A stretch of DNA of 64,000 nt from Carpediemonas membranifera BICM (GCA_019828565.1 JAHDYR010000005.1:1631992-1695991); one strand, 5' to 3'; counted from the first letter of the stretch, positions 19,248 to 30,800 are shown. The notes: a model not told the origin generated them from the sequence alone. A program made the numbers and translations.

Positions 19248-22200
19248 ATGCGTCCCTCTACCACGAGTTTGGCAACCTATGCGTTCGTCTTTATCCTTTA
19301 CTTGTGCACATTCAGTGTATGCCTGGACACGGACCTGAATCCGATGTTTTACGCCAAAGCCCTCGCCGAAACCGAGACGATGTTCATTTCCTGCCAGCAG
19401 GACATCATTGGCATCAGCGGCAATGTCAATCAGATCGTGTGCTACCTGTTTGGCACCCTCCTTCCCAGCAATGCTCCCGTTGCCACTGTCTCTGACGTCC
19501 AAAGCTGCTTTGGTACCGCCAAGTCAATTACCAACATCGATGCCGGCACTGGCGTCTCAGGCAACCACGTGTTCATCTACATCGCGACCTTTGACGTCCC
19601 CGCGCCGGTCTACACGCCCAACTACAACCGCTACTCCTGTAAGCTCGCTGTCACTACATCAAACAAGGGTGTTGTCTACGATGAGAACATAGACATCCTC
19701 CTGTCCATAACTCACGGCACGGTGACCTTCGAGGAGGAGGCCAGCGTCGTCTTCGTGGCCGGTGACAACTCTGCGGGCCAGCTCAGCGCTGATCCAGCCA
19801 CCAAGGCGGACATACCTTCGGATCTGTGGACTAACGCACCATTCGACTACGAGGCCCTCACTGCTGTCGAGATCGGCGACTCTGCCTTCGTCATCACGGA
19901 CATCGGCGAGCTATGGTCCCTAGGCGGCACCAAGTATCCCGGGCACGCCATACAGGGCTCTGATGTGTGGAGGAGAGTGCAGCACGAGGATGCACTCAAC
20001 ATGGTGTTCACCCACGTCTCACTGGGCGCTGATCACGCGCTTTTCTTGGGCTACGACCCCATCACTGGCTACGACCATCTGTACGTAGCCGGTAGTGGCC
20101 CTGCTCTTGGTCTTGGCGGCATCGAGTACGTAGTCTTCGAGGAGGTTACCGAATTCAAGGACAAGGACATCAAAGACATCCAGGCCACTCAGACAGCCTC
20201 GTACCTCCTCTTGGGCGATGGAAGCGTCTGGGCATGCGGTAGAAACGACCACGGTGAGCTGGCGACTGGGACGACAGACCCGAGCGGCACGTTCATGTTG
20301 GTGGAGATGTTCCCCGCTGACTTTGGCACCGTCAGCAAGCTCGGAAACACCCTTGGTGCATTCATGTTTGCAATCGACACCGCGGGCAAAGTTACTGCCT
20401 GGGGAGAGAACCGTAAGGGACAACTCGGTCTCGGGGTGACAGACGCCTTCATCACCAAGCCGACTGTCGTCACATCCCTCTCTCCAAAGTTTATCGCCCA
20501 GGTCGAGGGCGGGCTTGACTTCGCCCTAGCACTGTCATCTGATGACTTCCAGGTCTACGGCGCGGGTGACACCGCCTACACCGGCACGGACCCCGCTATT
20601 GTCACGGGCAGGACCACCAACGTCTTCGCCAAGTCTACCCTCGTCCCCACCCCCACCGCTGAGATCGCGGCCGGTGAAATGCATGGGGTGGCACTGACCG
20701 TCAACGCCAACACCGGGGCGACTGGCGTCTATTCGTGGGGAGACAACTCGTACGGCCAGCTGGGACTCGGGCATGACCAGAAGAGTACCCCCACCCCCAC
20801 AGAGGTACCGACGCTATCATCTACCACGACAGAGCCCTTCAGCCGCGTGTGGGCTGGTCACCGTCACACCATCGCCATGGAGTCGACGAACATGCAAGAC
20901 CAGGCATTCTATGAGATCTACCCAGACGGTAGAGTCATGGTACACTCACTCAGCGGATCTGTTGGGCATGCTGTCCTGGGCGATATCATTGAGTACAACG
21001 CTGGGTCCACCATCAACACTCACATCAGCGCTACAACCGTCAACAGCGACACTGGAGTCTATTGGATATGGTCAGACGGCCATTACCCCGTAACTGACCA
21101 GATCCTGCAGTTCACACTCCGTAACGGGGCAAGGGAAGAGTCATTCAAGTTCCACATTCCGAAGGAGGTCGTGATTCAGCCCAAGGTCGACGGCATGACG
21201 TGGAAGTACACTGGGGACAGCTGGATGACAACTCTCCACTTGGCACACGGAATAATCAACAGCAGAGCGTCTCAGGTGAAGCTTAGCTGCGTCGATGGTT
21301 TGGTGTCGCCCACATTTACCCTCATGAAGCTCGATAACGCCGCCACCACATGGGATGTGTCGATAAGGCCCCGACACAGCATGTCGGGCGCTACCACTGT
21401 GCTCTACCCCTACTATGACCAGTGTGAACTCACCATAGACGGTGTTTCCATGTTCAACGGGGCGCTGGGCACCATACTGCCTCCCGACCTCACGCTGTCC
21501 ACCTTTGAAATCAAGGACGTCACTCCGTACATGTACTATGGCGGCCACATGACCGTATGCATCACACCTAAGGACATGTACGGTCGTTTCCTGCCCCTAG
21601 GCGTCGCTACGATGGCTGCTAAGGCTAAGGTCTTCGCAGTTTACCCCGTTACAGTGTCCAGCGAGCAGACGGAGCAGCTTGAGGCCATCGTTGGAGGTCA
21701 GCAGCAGGGATTCTACTTCGACCAGGCCAACAAACGCTACTGCGAGGTCGTCGACACTACCTTCCCCGTATCTGGCCAGATTCAGGCCAAATTTGATGGG
21801 GAGATCGTGGGCGATGAAATATTCATGCAGATACGGGCGGATACCGGCAAATCTAAGGTCTTCGTCAAGGAGGGGACCATGTGGCCTCCCATGGCCGGTG
21901 AGGCCGCCAGGTTCTGTATCAGCGTGTTTGACATCTCAGGCGTGAGGAAGATCACGTCAGCGCCCCCACTGTCGGTCGAGCTCATCATCAGAGGCGACGC
22001 CGACCAGACTTACCACCCCTCGCTCGACCCCTCATCAAATGATTACTGTGTCAGCGTGGTCCTCCCTGCTGGCCACTACTCTTACATCGCCACGTACAAC
22101 GGACTCCAGCAGTTCTCTGGCGCCGAGTTTACTGTCGCAGCGGCCCCCAAGACTGGCAGAAGCGGCCCCATGACCAGGGTATTCGACTTCATGCTCACCG

Positions 22201-22418
22201 TATTCGCTGTCCTGCTGTCACCGGTTGTCGCAGGCGTTGGCGTGGTCGGTGGTGTTGTCATTGCTGCTGCCGGCATCGTATTTGGGGTTGTGATGGTCCG
22301 CAACAGCGGGCGGGGAGAGAAGAAGGTGAAAGGGAGGGGTCAGTATGAAGCTATTGGCACCGTGGCCGATGACGGGTTTGGGTCAGCCCCAGCGCCCTTC
22401 GTTTATGATGCTATTTGA
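19248..22418 (+). CDS. Type I membrane protein with extracellular RCC1 propeller and beta-sandwich (Ig/filamin-like) stalk
   Basis: Signal peptide (YAFVFILYLCTFSVC), RCC1 repeats (GDNSAGQL, GRNDHGEL, WGENRKGQLGLG, WGDNSYGQLGLG, AAGEMHGVAL), C-terminal TM segment and short basic tail. Confidence 0.85.
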   Translation: MRPSTTSLATYAFVFILYLCTFSVCLDTDLNPMFYAKALAETETMFISCQQDIIGISGNVNQIVCYLFGTLLPSNAPVATVSDVQSCFGTAKSITNIDAGTGVSGNHVFIYIATFDVPAPVYTPNYNRYSCKLAVTTSNKGVVYDENIDILLSITHGTVTFEEEASVVFVAGDNSAGQLSADPATKADIPSDLWTNAPFDYEALTAVEIGDSAFVITDIGELWSLGGTKYPGHAIQGSDVWRRVQHEDALNMVFTHVSLGADHALFLGYDPITGYDHLYVAGSGPALGLGGIEYVVFEEVTEFKDKDIKDIQATQTASYLLLGDGSVWACGRNDHGELATGTTDPSGTFMLVEMFPADFGTVSKLGNTLGAFMFAIDTAGKVTAWGENRKGQLGLGVTDAFITKPTVVTSLSPKFIAQVEGGLDFALALSSDDFQVYGAGDTAYTGTDPAIVTGRTTNVFAKSTLVPTPTAEIAAGEMHGVALTVNANTGATGVYSWGDNSYGQLGLGHDQKSTPTPTEVPTLSSTTTEPFSRVWAGHRHTIAMESTNMQDQAFYEIYPDGRVMVHSLSGSVGHAVLGDIIEYNAGSTINTHISATTVNSDTGVYWIWSDGHYPVTDQILQFTLRNGAREESFKFHIPKEVVIQPKVDGMTWKYTGDSWMTTLHLAHGIINSRASQVKLSCVDGLVSPTFTLMKLDNAATTWDVSIRPRHSMSGATTVLYPYYDQCELTIDGVSMFNGALGTILPPDLTLSTFEIKDVTPYMYYGGHMTVCITPKDMYGRFLPLGVATMAAKAKVFAVYPVTVSSEQTEQLEAIVGGQQQGFYFDQANKRYCEVVDTTFPVSGQIQAKFDGEIVGDEIFMQIRADTGKSKVFVKEGTMWPPMAGEAARFCISVFDISGVRKITSAPPLSVELIIRGDADQTYHPSLDPSSNDYCVSVVLPAGHYSYIATYNGLQQFSGAEFTVAAAPKTGRSGPMTRVFDFMLTVFAVLLSPVVAGVGVVGGVVIAAAGIVFGVVMVRNSGRGEKKVKGRGQYEAIGTVADDGFGSAPAPFVYDAI

Positions 22419-22514
22419 GACATAAAGATGAATTAAAAGGCCAGCACGTCAAGTGAAACTTTTAATTATTTGACATGTCGGTCGGCCTGCACATAAAAAA
22501 TGTAAATGCAAAAA

Positions 22515-24617
22515 TCAGGCGCTACCGGCATCGACTGAAGCAACAGACATGCTTGCCTCCGTTGTCTGAGAGCTAAAGCTGTCTTGCCGCTCGTCTTCAT
22601 CCAAACTGGGCACACTCTGACTCGACTGGCTCGGCTCCCTCAACGGGAATGCGTCCGCCGGTGAAATGGCATCGCGGGGGAGGCTCTCTCTCATGTGGTC
22701 GTCGCCGTGGAGAACGCTGCTCATCTCAGCCGCAACCCAGTCGTGCTTCTCGACGTCACCCCTGAGCAGACTGACCTGACCCTCGTCTGTGCAGAACGTG
22801 ATAAACATAATGTCACCAACAAGGCAGGCTGACATCTCTCGGCCGGGCAGGATCTTGTTGATACGACGACGCCTGCTCCCCTTGGTCCCTTGGTAGTACA
22901 CGCCGCACAGCTCACTGACGTCCTCGTAGCACCAGATCTTCTCACCTGGGATGCGGTAGAGCATGGCGATGCCCCCGTCCGGGGTGACGTGGACGATGTA
23001 GTACCGGTCCCGCTCGCTGTTGCCGACCACGGCCGGGTTACCCACGCAGCGTGGGGCCCTGGAGGTCGACGTGAGGTTGTCTACACGCCACCCGCCGATG
23101 GGGTTGGCGTTGGACAGAAGCATGATCTCGCCCTTGCTGGTGGCGTAGAAGTAGAGCTGGCCGGCCTGGTACACCGAGAAGCCAGTCAGGGGCGACGCAG
23201 CCTTGCCCAGCGCCTTCCTACTGACGGAAGTGGCCGCCCCATCGCCCAGCAGCTTGTACGACCAGCCAAGCAGGGCTAGGTGCTGGAACTCGTGAATCGA
23301 CCCGCTAGGGCCAACGTAGCAGATGTGCTGCTGTGCGAGGCCAAGGAGGACCGATGGGGCGAAGAGTGGCTTGGCTGGCTTGCTCTCCTTCGAGTTGACA
23401 GCCTCAGTCATGCTGGACGGCTCCCACCCGCCCGCGGCAGTGCGAGCAAGGGTGTATATGGTGCCCTCCAGCGACACCACGGTCAGCTGGAGCTGCATGG
23501 AGGAGGTCTGGGTCAACACGGGAGGGAAGTCGGGCCTGACCGGCTTCTTGAGCTCTGTCACGGCCTGTGCCCGCCACTTCATGCTGCTGTTGGCCACTAG
23601 AAGTCTAACCCGACCCTCGCTGTCGACCACAGCGACCCAGATCTCTGGCCCGTGGGTCGATAGAATGGACACTGCGGGGCCGGCCAACGGCGAGAGCGGG
23701 GGCAGGCGAAGGGTGTGACTGAGGTTGTACGGGCGCCAGCTATGGGTAGCAGTGCGTCGGAGCTCTATCAGATCAGCAGAATTGCTGATGAAAAAGACGT
23801 GCTCAGATTGTCCGTCCCGGAATGATATGAAGGGCGCTTTTGACTCCGATTTGATGGACTCAAAGTCGTCGCTGTTGAGTCTAAAGGTCGGCGACATCAT
23901 AGTAACGGCCGAGGCGACCCGTCTAACGGCATCATCGGGCTGTGACCTGGCTCGTGTGCGTCTCCGTGCGGACTGTGGCACATGTAGGGTCAGGTTCGAG
24001 CTGGAATTGGCCTGGCCCCGCATGAGAGAGCGTGTGGCTGACTCAGGAGACGTGTGAGGGTCAGTCTCTGTGTCCTCTGACTCCTCGACTTCAATAAATG
24101 ACAGGGGCTGGACCTGTGAGGCTGGCCGAGACTGTGGGTTTGACTTGGACCGTACCCGGGACCTCACCTCCTCTGTACGCTGCTCGGCCAGCTTCAGGAG
24201 CTCCTGTGTGAGGGTCCGCACGAATATCGGTAGTGTCTGCCAATTTAGGCCGAAAAACAGGACTACAGACTCGTAGAGGACAACGGAAGTGATCAGGGAG
24301 AGCTGGAGGAAGATGAAGAAGAGTATAGGGCGAAGAACGAGGCGGCCGAGCCACATGGAGCCGACCTTATCGTTGATTAACGACACACTGTAGCATAAAA
24401 TGAGAAGGATCCCTGCGAGAAGGAAACGCTGGAGCATCTGGAAACCGCGACTCTTCACAATCCCGTATCCAGAGGCTATATCTGAGCGCAGTTGAGACAG
24501 CATCCTCGAAACATTGCTGTCGTCGAGGATTTCATGCTGTAGACGTATGTCAACGCGCCCTGAATCAATGCTATCGCGAACAACTGCTCTGACAGCTGTG
24601 TTCACTAATGAATTCAT
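22515..24617 (-). CDS. Membrane-anchored protein with lectin-type (fungal fucose lectin/PLL-like) beta-propeller
   Basis: Two N-terminal hydrophobic helices, a Ser-rich linker, then repeats like HVFFISNSADLIEL...W..YNLS, HICYVGPSGSIHEF...W, LYFYATSKGEIMLL...WRVDNLT...AP. Confidence 0.6.
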   Translation of the reverse strand: MNSLVNTAVRAVVRDSIDSGRVDIRLQHEILDDSNVSRMLSQLRSDIASGYGIVKSRGFQMLQRFLLAGILLILCYSVSLINDKVGSMWLGRLVLRPILFFIFLQLSLITSVVLYESVVLFFGLNWQTLPIFVRTLTQELLKLAEQRTEEVRSRVRSKSNPQSRPASQVQPLSFIEVEESEDTETDPHTSPESATRSLMRGQANSSSNLTLHVPQSARRRTRARSQPDDAVRRVASAVTMMSPTFRLNSDDFESIKSESKAPFISFRDGQSEHVFFISNSADLIELRRTATHSWRPYNLSHTLRLPPLSPLAGPAVSILSTHGPEIWVAVVDSEGRVRLLVANSSMKWRAQAVTELKKPVRPDFPPVLTQTSSMQLQLTVVSLEGTIYTLARTAAGGWEPSSMTEAVNSKESKPAKPLFAPSVLLGLAQQHICYVGPSGSIHEFQHLALLGWSYKLLGDGAATSVSRKALGKAASPLTGFSVYQAGQLYFYATSKGEIMLLSNANPIGGWRVDNLTSTSRAPRCVGNPAVVGNSERDRYYIVHVTPDGGIAMLYRIPGEKIWCYEDVSELCGVYYQGTKGSRRRRINKILPGREMSACLVGDIMFITFCTDEGQVSLLRGDVEKHDWVAAEMSSVLHGDDHMRESLPRDAISPADAFPLREPSQSSQSVPSLDEDERQDSFSSQTTEASMSVASVDAGSA

Positions 24618-24971
24618 TGATACCTGCGTTACTGTCGGGCGATTGCGAATGTCGTCCTTCTTGAAGCTACTCTGCAGAGCAGGCTTGAGATGGTCAACAA
24701 TAATCTCACCACCACCTTACCAACTGGGAATGATGAATCTGTCAGGGGGGTGTGTGAGTAGCAGCATTACTGGCGTATCGTCTGGTGGTTTTGTTGAGGG
24801 TCGGCATTCTGAATCGGAGGAGCAGAAGTTGGTCGGTCAACTCGCGCTGTCTGAACATCATATGGTTCCCATCACCATCATATGGGTTCTTCTCAGCTCA
24901 ACCTCACACCGAGAACCATCACTCTCAACAGAAGCCCTCTTTCATTCGCTTTATACACTGCCCGTGGTACA

Positions 24972-25454
24972 TTACCAGAGGGCCTTGGACATGGCCGATG
25001 CGACGATGATACCTGTCCCGAAGAACATGGTCACTGCCAAGAAGGAGCGGGGACTGAACCGGGCCAGGCCGCACAGTCCGTGGCCAGAGGTGCAGCCGCT
25101 GCCGTAGCGGGTGCCGAAGCCGACAAGGATACCAGCAACAAGCATGACCGAGGCGGAGAGGGGCGTGTCTGATGCCTTGAGGGGCAGGATCTCGTCCTTC
25201 TTCATCCATATTGCGTCAAAGAAACTGGCGGGGACAACCTCGAGGATCAGGCGCCAGACAAGACCGCCAAAGATCATTCCGCCGATGTATGTCATCTTCC
25301 ATGGGCTGTCGTTGTTGTTGGGCATCAGAAGTCCGCCCAGAACACCGCTGGTGCCAGCAATCTTGCCATTGAACACGATCATGAGCAAGAGAGAGATGCC
25401 AATGATGCATCCGCCGATCAGAGAAGTGTGAATCGTCCAGGTGGTCGTCTCCAT
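24972..25454 (-). CDS. YeeE/YedE-family sulfur-compound transporter (single half)
   Basis: LIGGCIIG..FNGKIAGTSG and AGILVGFGTRYGSGCTSGHGLCGLARFSPRS signatures. ATG at 25454. Confidence 0.9.
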   Translation of the reverse strand: METTTWTIHTSLIGGCIIGISLLLMIVFNGKIAGTSGVLGGLLMPNNNDSPWKMTYIGGMIFGGLVWRLILEVVPASFFDAIWMKKDEILPLKASDTPLSASVMLVAGILVGFGTRYGSGCTSGHGLCGLARFSPRSFLAVTMFFGTGIIVASAMSKALW

Positions 25455-25923
25455 CAAGGGTATTTCTCCACAGTGGTGTTCTGAAGGCAAATCATCCGGC
25501 AGCAGTGGAATCATCAAAATGGAAAGTGAGTGGATCAGAGTGGCAGCGCAGTATGCAAGAGGCGGGTGAGCCTACCCGGCTTCACCGATGCCAGGAATGT
25601 CCGTTACTATGGATGTCCGCACTTCTCCGAGAACAAGGGCCCGGGCGATGGGTTGACGCGATTGGACGGATGATAGAGGATGACTATATGCGACAATCGG
25701 ATCATAGACCGGTGCGGTTTTGGAAGCAGAGACAGTGGGACAGCCAGGAGTTCAGGCTGGCGACAGAGTCTGTTCTGCTCAGAATTGCCGGGCGGTTCTG
25801 CTGAGCCAGCGAAGGCAACTGACTGAGCCCCCCAGTCAAGTTGGGCACTCTTCGCGGGCGAGTGATTGTCTCGCGGTATCCTTGTCGACTCAAGCTGGAG
25901 TCGAATTTTCACGAATATATGCT

Positions 25924-27525
25924 ATGAAGACCATGAGTGTACAGCATCGTGGAACACACCCTTACCATGCTAATGATACTATCGAGAACACATTGCTTGC
26001 TGCCTACTACTTGTCCTTTTCAGTAACTGCAAATTTGCCCGGAAATGTGCCATCGATACTTGCTGCTGCCTTCAGAAGACAGCTGAGGATTACTGTTCCC
26101 GTTGGAGACGACACTGAAGCCTATACATATGAATCACAGTCGCAGGGTGCTGCCTTCATCATTCTCCTCAAAGTCTTGAAACACATCCTTCGCCGGCCCG
26201 CCCTGACGCCCGACGCCCGCCGCCTGGTGATGCACGCCAGGATGACTCTCATCAGAGGGCCTGAGCTGAGTATGAACATCCATCTCAATGAGGGCGATTA
26301 TCTCCCCGATCGGGTTTACACGCTGCTCCAGGGAACTGTGTGGTCGATACTGATGCAAGCCGGGGCGGACCCGGACCTCGGGGACACTGAGAGAAAGATC
26401 TACACCAACGACGACAAGTGTCTCTGGTTCCTCTGCAAGAAGTTCTTCTTCTCGCACCAGGTTGCCGAGCACGATGGCGAGGTGCTCTCGTACTTCAATG
26501 TGTGTCCGTTCTTCCATAGGTCATACGCTGGCCGTCTATTCACACGAGACTTCATCCGACGGGGGTCGAGTCTATACTCTCTCGTCAGGTCACCACCCGT
26601 AATCGCCCACACAACGAGCGATGGCTGGGCAAACGTACTGGTCACACCACACGGGGTCTACGGCCAAGGTAACAACCGGCATGCAAGGTTCGGCGGCATT
26701 CCCTGCGAGACCATGCCGCTACGCCGGCTGAAATTCCCTGCTTGCCCCAGGATCCAGCAATTTGAAAGGAGACTGCCTCCCTGGCACAAGGACAAGCTAG
26801 TCAGACAGGTCGTGATGGAGGAGACATGCACCCTCGTCCTCACACCTGTCGGGTTGGCCGTGGCCGGGGCTGATTGTGCATGGGCTACCGGAGATGATGT
26901 CGTTGATAAGGCGGTCTTCCATCCAGTCCCGCTGCCCAATAATTTTGTACCAGATCGCATCATATCTAGCTTGAACACCGTTGTTCTGACACTGGGCGAT
27001 CGGCAGTTTATATCTGGTACCAACTGCACCGGCCAGCTTGGTCTTGGTCACCGCGAACCCATGAGCGGCTTCGTCCAGTGCCCATTCCACGTCGAGAGTA
27101 TTGTCAGTACACCCCAGTTCTCCATATTTATAACCTCTGCGATGTTTTTATTCGCGGGGCGGGTCCCAGACGTCCTCGCCAGCCCCACTGCGGGTGGTTT
27201 ACTCCCAGGTTACGCTGCGTCAGCCCTCTGCACAACAGCCACCCCACTCCTCTTCAACAGACCGGTGAAGAGGATTTACATTAACTTATTCCGCCTTTAC
27301 TATGTTATTCAGGGCGAGACAGTCTGCCTCGACTTCCACTGCCAGTACGGCAAGTTCACTGTGCCATTCGAGGCCGTTGCAGTTGCCCGCACGACCATCT
27401 TCAAGGACACCTTTGGCATCTGGCACAAGGTTGTCAGGGTAACTCACGGAGTCGCCTCGTTTGTCCGACTCGAACCGGGTCATTTCCCAGAGAAAAGGCA
27501 TGTTATGCAGCTCGAGCCTGTTTAA
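25924..27525 (+). CDS. Lineage-expanded F-box-like/degenerate RCC1 protein (member C)
   Basis: GNVPSIL, GPELSMNI, YTLLQGTVWSILMQAGADPDL, KCLWFLCKKFFFSHQVAE, LPPWHKD, GTNCTGQLGLGH. First ATG at 25924. Confidence 0.85.
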   Translation: MKTMSVQHRGTHPYHANDTIENTLLAAYYLSFSVTANLPGNVPSILAAAFRRQLRITVPVGDDTEAYTYESQSQGAAFIILLKVLKHILRRPALTPDARRLVMHARMTLIRGPELSMNIHLNEGDYLPDRVYTLLQGTVWSILMQAGADPDLGDTERKIYTNDDKCLWFLCKKFFFSHQVAEHDGEVLSYFNVCPFFHRSYAGRLFTRDFIRRGSSLYSLVRSPPVIAHTTSDGWANVLVTPHGVYGQGNNRHARFGGIPCETMPLRRLKFPACPRIQQFERRLPPWHKDKLVRQVVMEETCTLVLTPVGLAVAGADCAWATGDDVVDKAVFHPVPLPNNFVPDRIISSLNTVVLTLGDRQFISGTNCTGQLGLGHREPMSGFVQCPFHVESIVSTPQFSIFITSAMFLFAGRVPDVLASPTAGGLLPGYAASALCTTATPLLFNRPVKRIYINLFRLYYVIQGETVCLDFHCQYGKFTVPFEAVAVARTTIFKDTFGIWHKVVRVTHGVASFVRLEPGHFPEKRHVMQLEPV

Positions 27526-27872
27526 GTAAGAATGCACATTTGCTTGATCCGTCAAGCCGCTCTGTCGAATACGGGGCCTCTGATCTTTCGTAAATTTTTG
27601 ATAATTTTTGGCCAATCATTCCCCAAGAATGACAACACCGCATGTACCTATCAATACGAACCATCACACCTCTTCATACAGGCATAGTTAGAGAATGTCC
27701 CCATCGGCTCCATGATGATCGATGCGATTGATCTCAATACCATCGAACTCTCCACGCACAATCACGAACCAGGTTGCAGAACAATGCTTCGTGGCGCCCC
27801 TACGGGCCTGGCCTGAGTGCTCTGTGCACTGACCCAGGCGACTCTGGGCATCTGATTTTTTCTTGCAACGCA

Positions 27873-30800
27873 ATGGACGACCTCCTCGATTTCGACATAC
27901 AACGGTTTGAGCAGCTTTCTGCTGAGCTGTACAGTCATCCCAGCGAAGATGCGCGAAATAACGCGCAGCAGCAACTCGATCCCCTCTTTGTATCCAGCAC
28001 TCGCAACCTCTCTGCATATATGCGTCTCCTGGACAACGTCACAACTATATATGGCCAATATTGCATTCTACAGCTTATTGAGAAGTGCGTTGGGCAGAAC
28101 TGGAGCGCGCTTAACAGTGACACTCAGCGTGACCTCCATGCCAAGCTCCTCAACATGGTCGGCTTCCAGTCGGATCGGTTCACAGCCACCAACCAGTTCA
28201 CCGCACTCCTCCGCCTCTACGCCCGCGTGCTCAAGTACGGCTGGGTAGACTCCAAGGACTTCAGGGCCTCGCTGTCAGCCATCGTTGACTCGTGCCTCGT
28301 GCCTGACATTGATAACCAGCGCGTCCTCGGCATCAAGACCCTTGTGGAGGTCACCAAGGAGATGTCCACACGCTCTCCTGGCCGCACGATCACCCAGAAC
28401 CGCAAGGCGACCATGATGTTCAGGGACAAGACCCTCCTATCGTTCATGGAGCTCAGCGTCTCCCAGCTCCGCCGCCTCTACGGCCCCGACGCCTCCAGCT
28501 CACCTCTCCACGACCAGATCAAGACTGAATACCTCAACCTGGCCTGTGCCTGCCTCGACTTCGACTTCACGTGCACCTCATACGTTCTTGACCCAACGTC
28601 AGACCAGTTCTCCCTCCAAATACCATCCACGTGGCGCTCCCTCGTCCAGACTGACTGGCTACTCACACTGTTCTTCGACATCTACCGCACCGAGTCGCCC
28701 CCCAGATCCACACTGGCTATCGAGTGCATCTCACAGCTATCTGCCGTCAAGACATCCCTGCTTCCCACTGATGCCGATAAGCTGACTTATCTCAATCAGT
28801 TAATTACAGGCGCTCTTCGGGCGATGCAGAACAACCTGCCCCTCCGTGACGAGGCCGAGTACCACATGTTCTGCCAGCTCATATTCAGACTCAAGCCGCC
28901 ATTCTTTACATTCCGTCATGTAACTCGCTGTGTGAACTTTAACGACTACATCGAAGCCCTCACTCAGTTCACCGTCGCCTCGCTGGCCGAGTACTCCTCC
29001 TGCAAGAACGGCATACACTACTTGATGAAGACATGGTCCAGACTCAGCAAGAACGCCGAGGGCTCCTTTGGCGGTGAGACCTACAACGGCGGGCAGATCC
29101 CCCTGGCTGCGGCACAGATCACCCAGAAGTTTATCGGGGTCTACCTCTCTGAGATCAGGGAGGCTTACACCGATGGGAGCTACCAACAAGACGACCCTCT
29201 CGACGACAGTCAGTTGGAAGCCATGCTCGACTCGATCTCGACTCTAGCCAGGTCCTGCTACCCCCAGGCGGCTGAGCTACTCGGGGCTGATCTTGTATCC
29301 CTCACAAACGTGATCAACCGAGGTGAGGCGACCCTTCTGGTCGAGGCTGAGGCTGCTTGGATTCTCCGTGTCGTTGCCGCCGTCGTCGAGGGTAGGCTGA
29401 CCCCAGGCAACGAGAGCCACGACGCCGAGCTGGCAGGCAAGGCAATGGCGATGCTGAGGGCTGTCGACCGCAGCAATGAGCAGGCTCAGAGTGGCACCGT
29501 TGCCCACATCAACCTGGAGTTCGCCGCACTTCTGTTCCTGGATGCCTTTAAGACGGCCTTCATCTCGGACAACGAACTGGCCATGCGTATCTACCCCGCT
29601 GTACAGAGGGATGCCGGCATCAGCAACACTCCCGAGATGCTGGCCTACACCCTCGACAAGTTGTTCTGGATTATACGGGTGTACCCGAACGTCGGCAGAC
29701 TCGTCGACAGAGCTTTCCACTTCGCTAACAAGCTCACGGGCAACTACTACACCGGCAAGACTCTGCCCGGCCTTCCCATCGTCAGAGACATCCTCGAGAG
29801 ATACGCCGCGGACTTCCAACTCTTCTTCCAGCCAGACCTCCTCAAGAAACGGACCAAGCTCTACCACATCCTTGGTGTACTCCTCTTTACTCAGGAGGAC
29901 AGTGGTGTTGTCGATCGGTTCGTACGTCCCATGCTGTTGTCCGTGTCTGAGGCTGTGAAGGCCGTGCAGCAGTCCACCGACCAATCCGCCCAGCTCTCCG
30001 TCATCAGGGCGTGCAGAGACGTCTCGGGGCTGCTCAAAGCCATCCAGAAGTACGCGAACTTCACTGCCATTTACGACATACTTCTCCCACAAACTGTCTC
30101 GGGCCCCGCACCCACCCCATTCTTCGCCATGCTCGAGACTATCGCCCGGGAGAGCCCCACTGAGGCCGAGCTCGCCATCCCCATTCTGAGAGTGGTCACA
30201 GATTTTATCACTGGGTTCCAAAAGAGCTATGACGTTTCTTTTGATAGATTCTCGACTGCAGGATATAGGATCTTCGGCTCAGCTTCCAAGACTATGTTGG
30301 TGATCGCCCAAGCTTTCCTTCAGCTGATCCCAACCATCCGGGAAAGGATCACGACGGAGTCTGATCTGTGGCCCAGGTGCTATAAGGTGGTCTACCACCT
30401 TCTACAGGCCGTCAACAAGGCAGTCCAGACCTCCTTCTGCAACTTTGGCGTGTTCCAACTCTTTGGTGACAACACAGTCGAGGCGTATCTCGACACTCTG
30501 CTCGAGATTGTCGCGTCCATCCCGCCCGACGATATCCTTTCCCACGTGAAGCTGAGTCGCACGGTCTTCTCATTCATCCAGACCATCGCCCGCTCCCACA
30601 TCGTCGCCCTCGCCCGCATGGAAGGCAACACGCTGGCCCGTCTGGTGCAGCTGCTCGTCTCGGCAATGGTCGATAACCCCGCCACCGTAAGTGCGGCGTC
30701 GGTCAGCTCCCCGGCAGCTGAATCGATCGAGAACCTGGTAACGTATATTGTCGAGGGCACCCAGTCGACGACGCCGTTCAGGAACGAGCTCGCACGAGTA

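Noticed and set aside
24618-24810. In-frame upstream extension of the 22515-24617 gene separated by one TAA (read-through or recoding?)
   Set aside because: TAA is a normal stop elsewhere in the window, there is no consensus intron, and the peptide has no recognisable homology.
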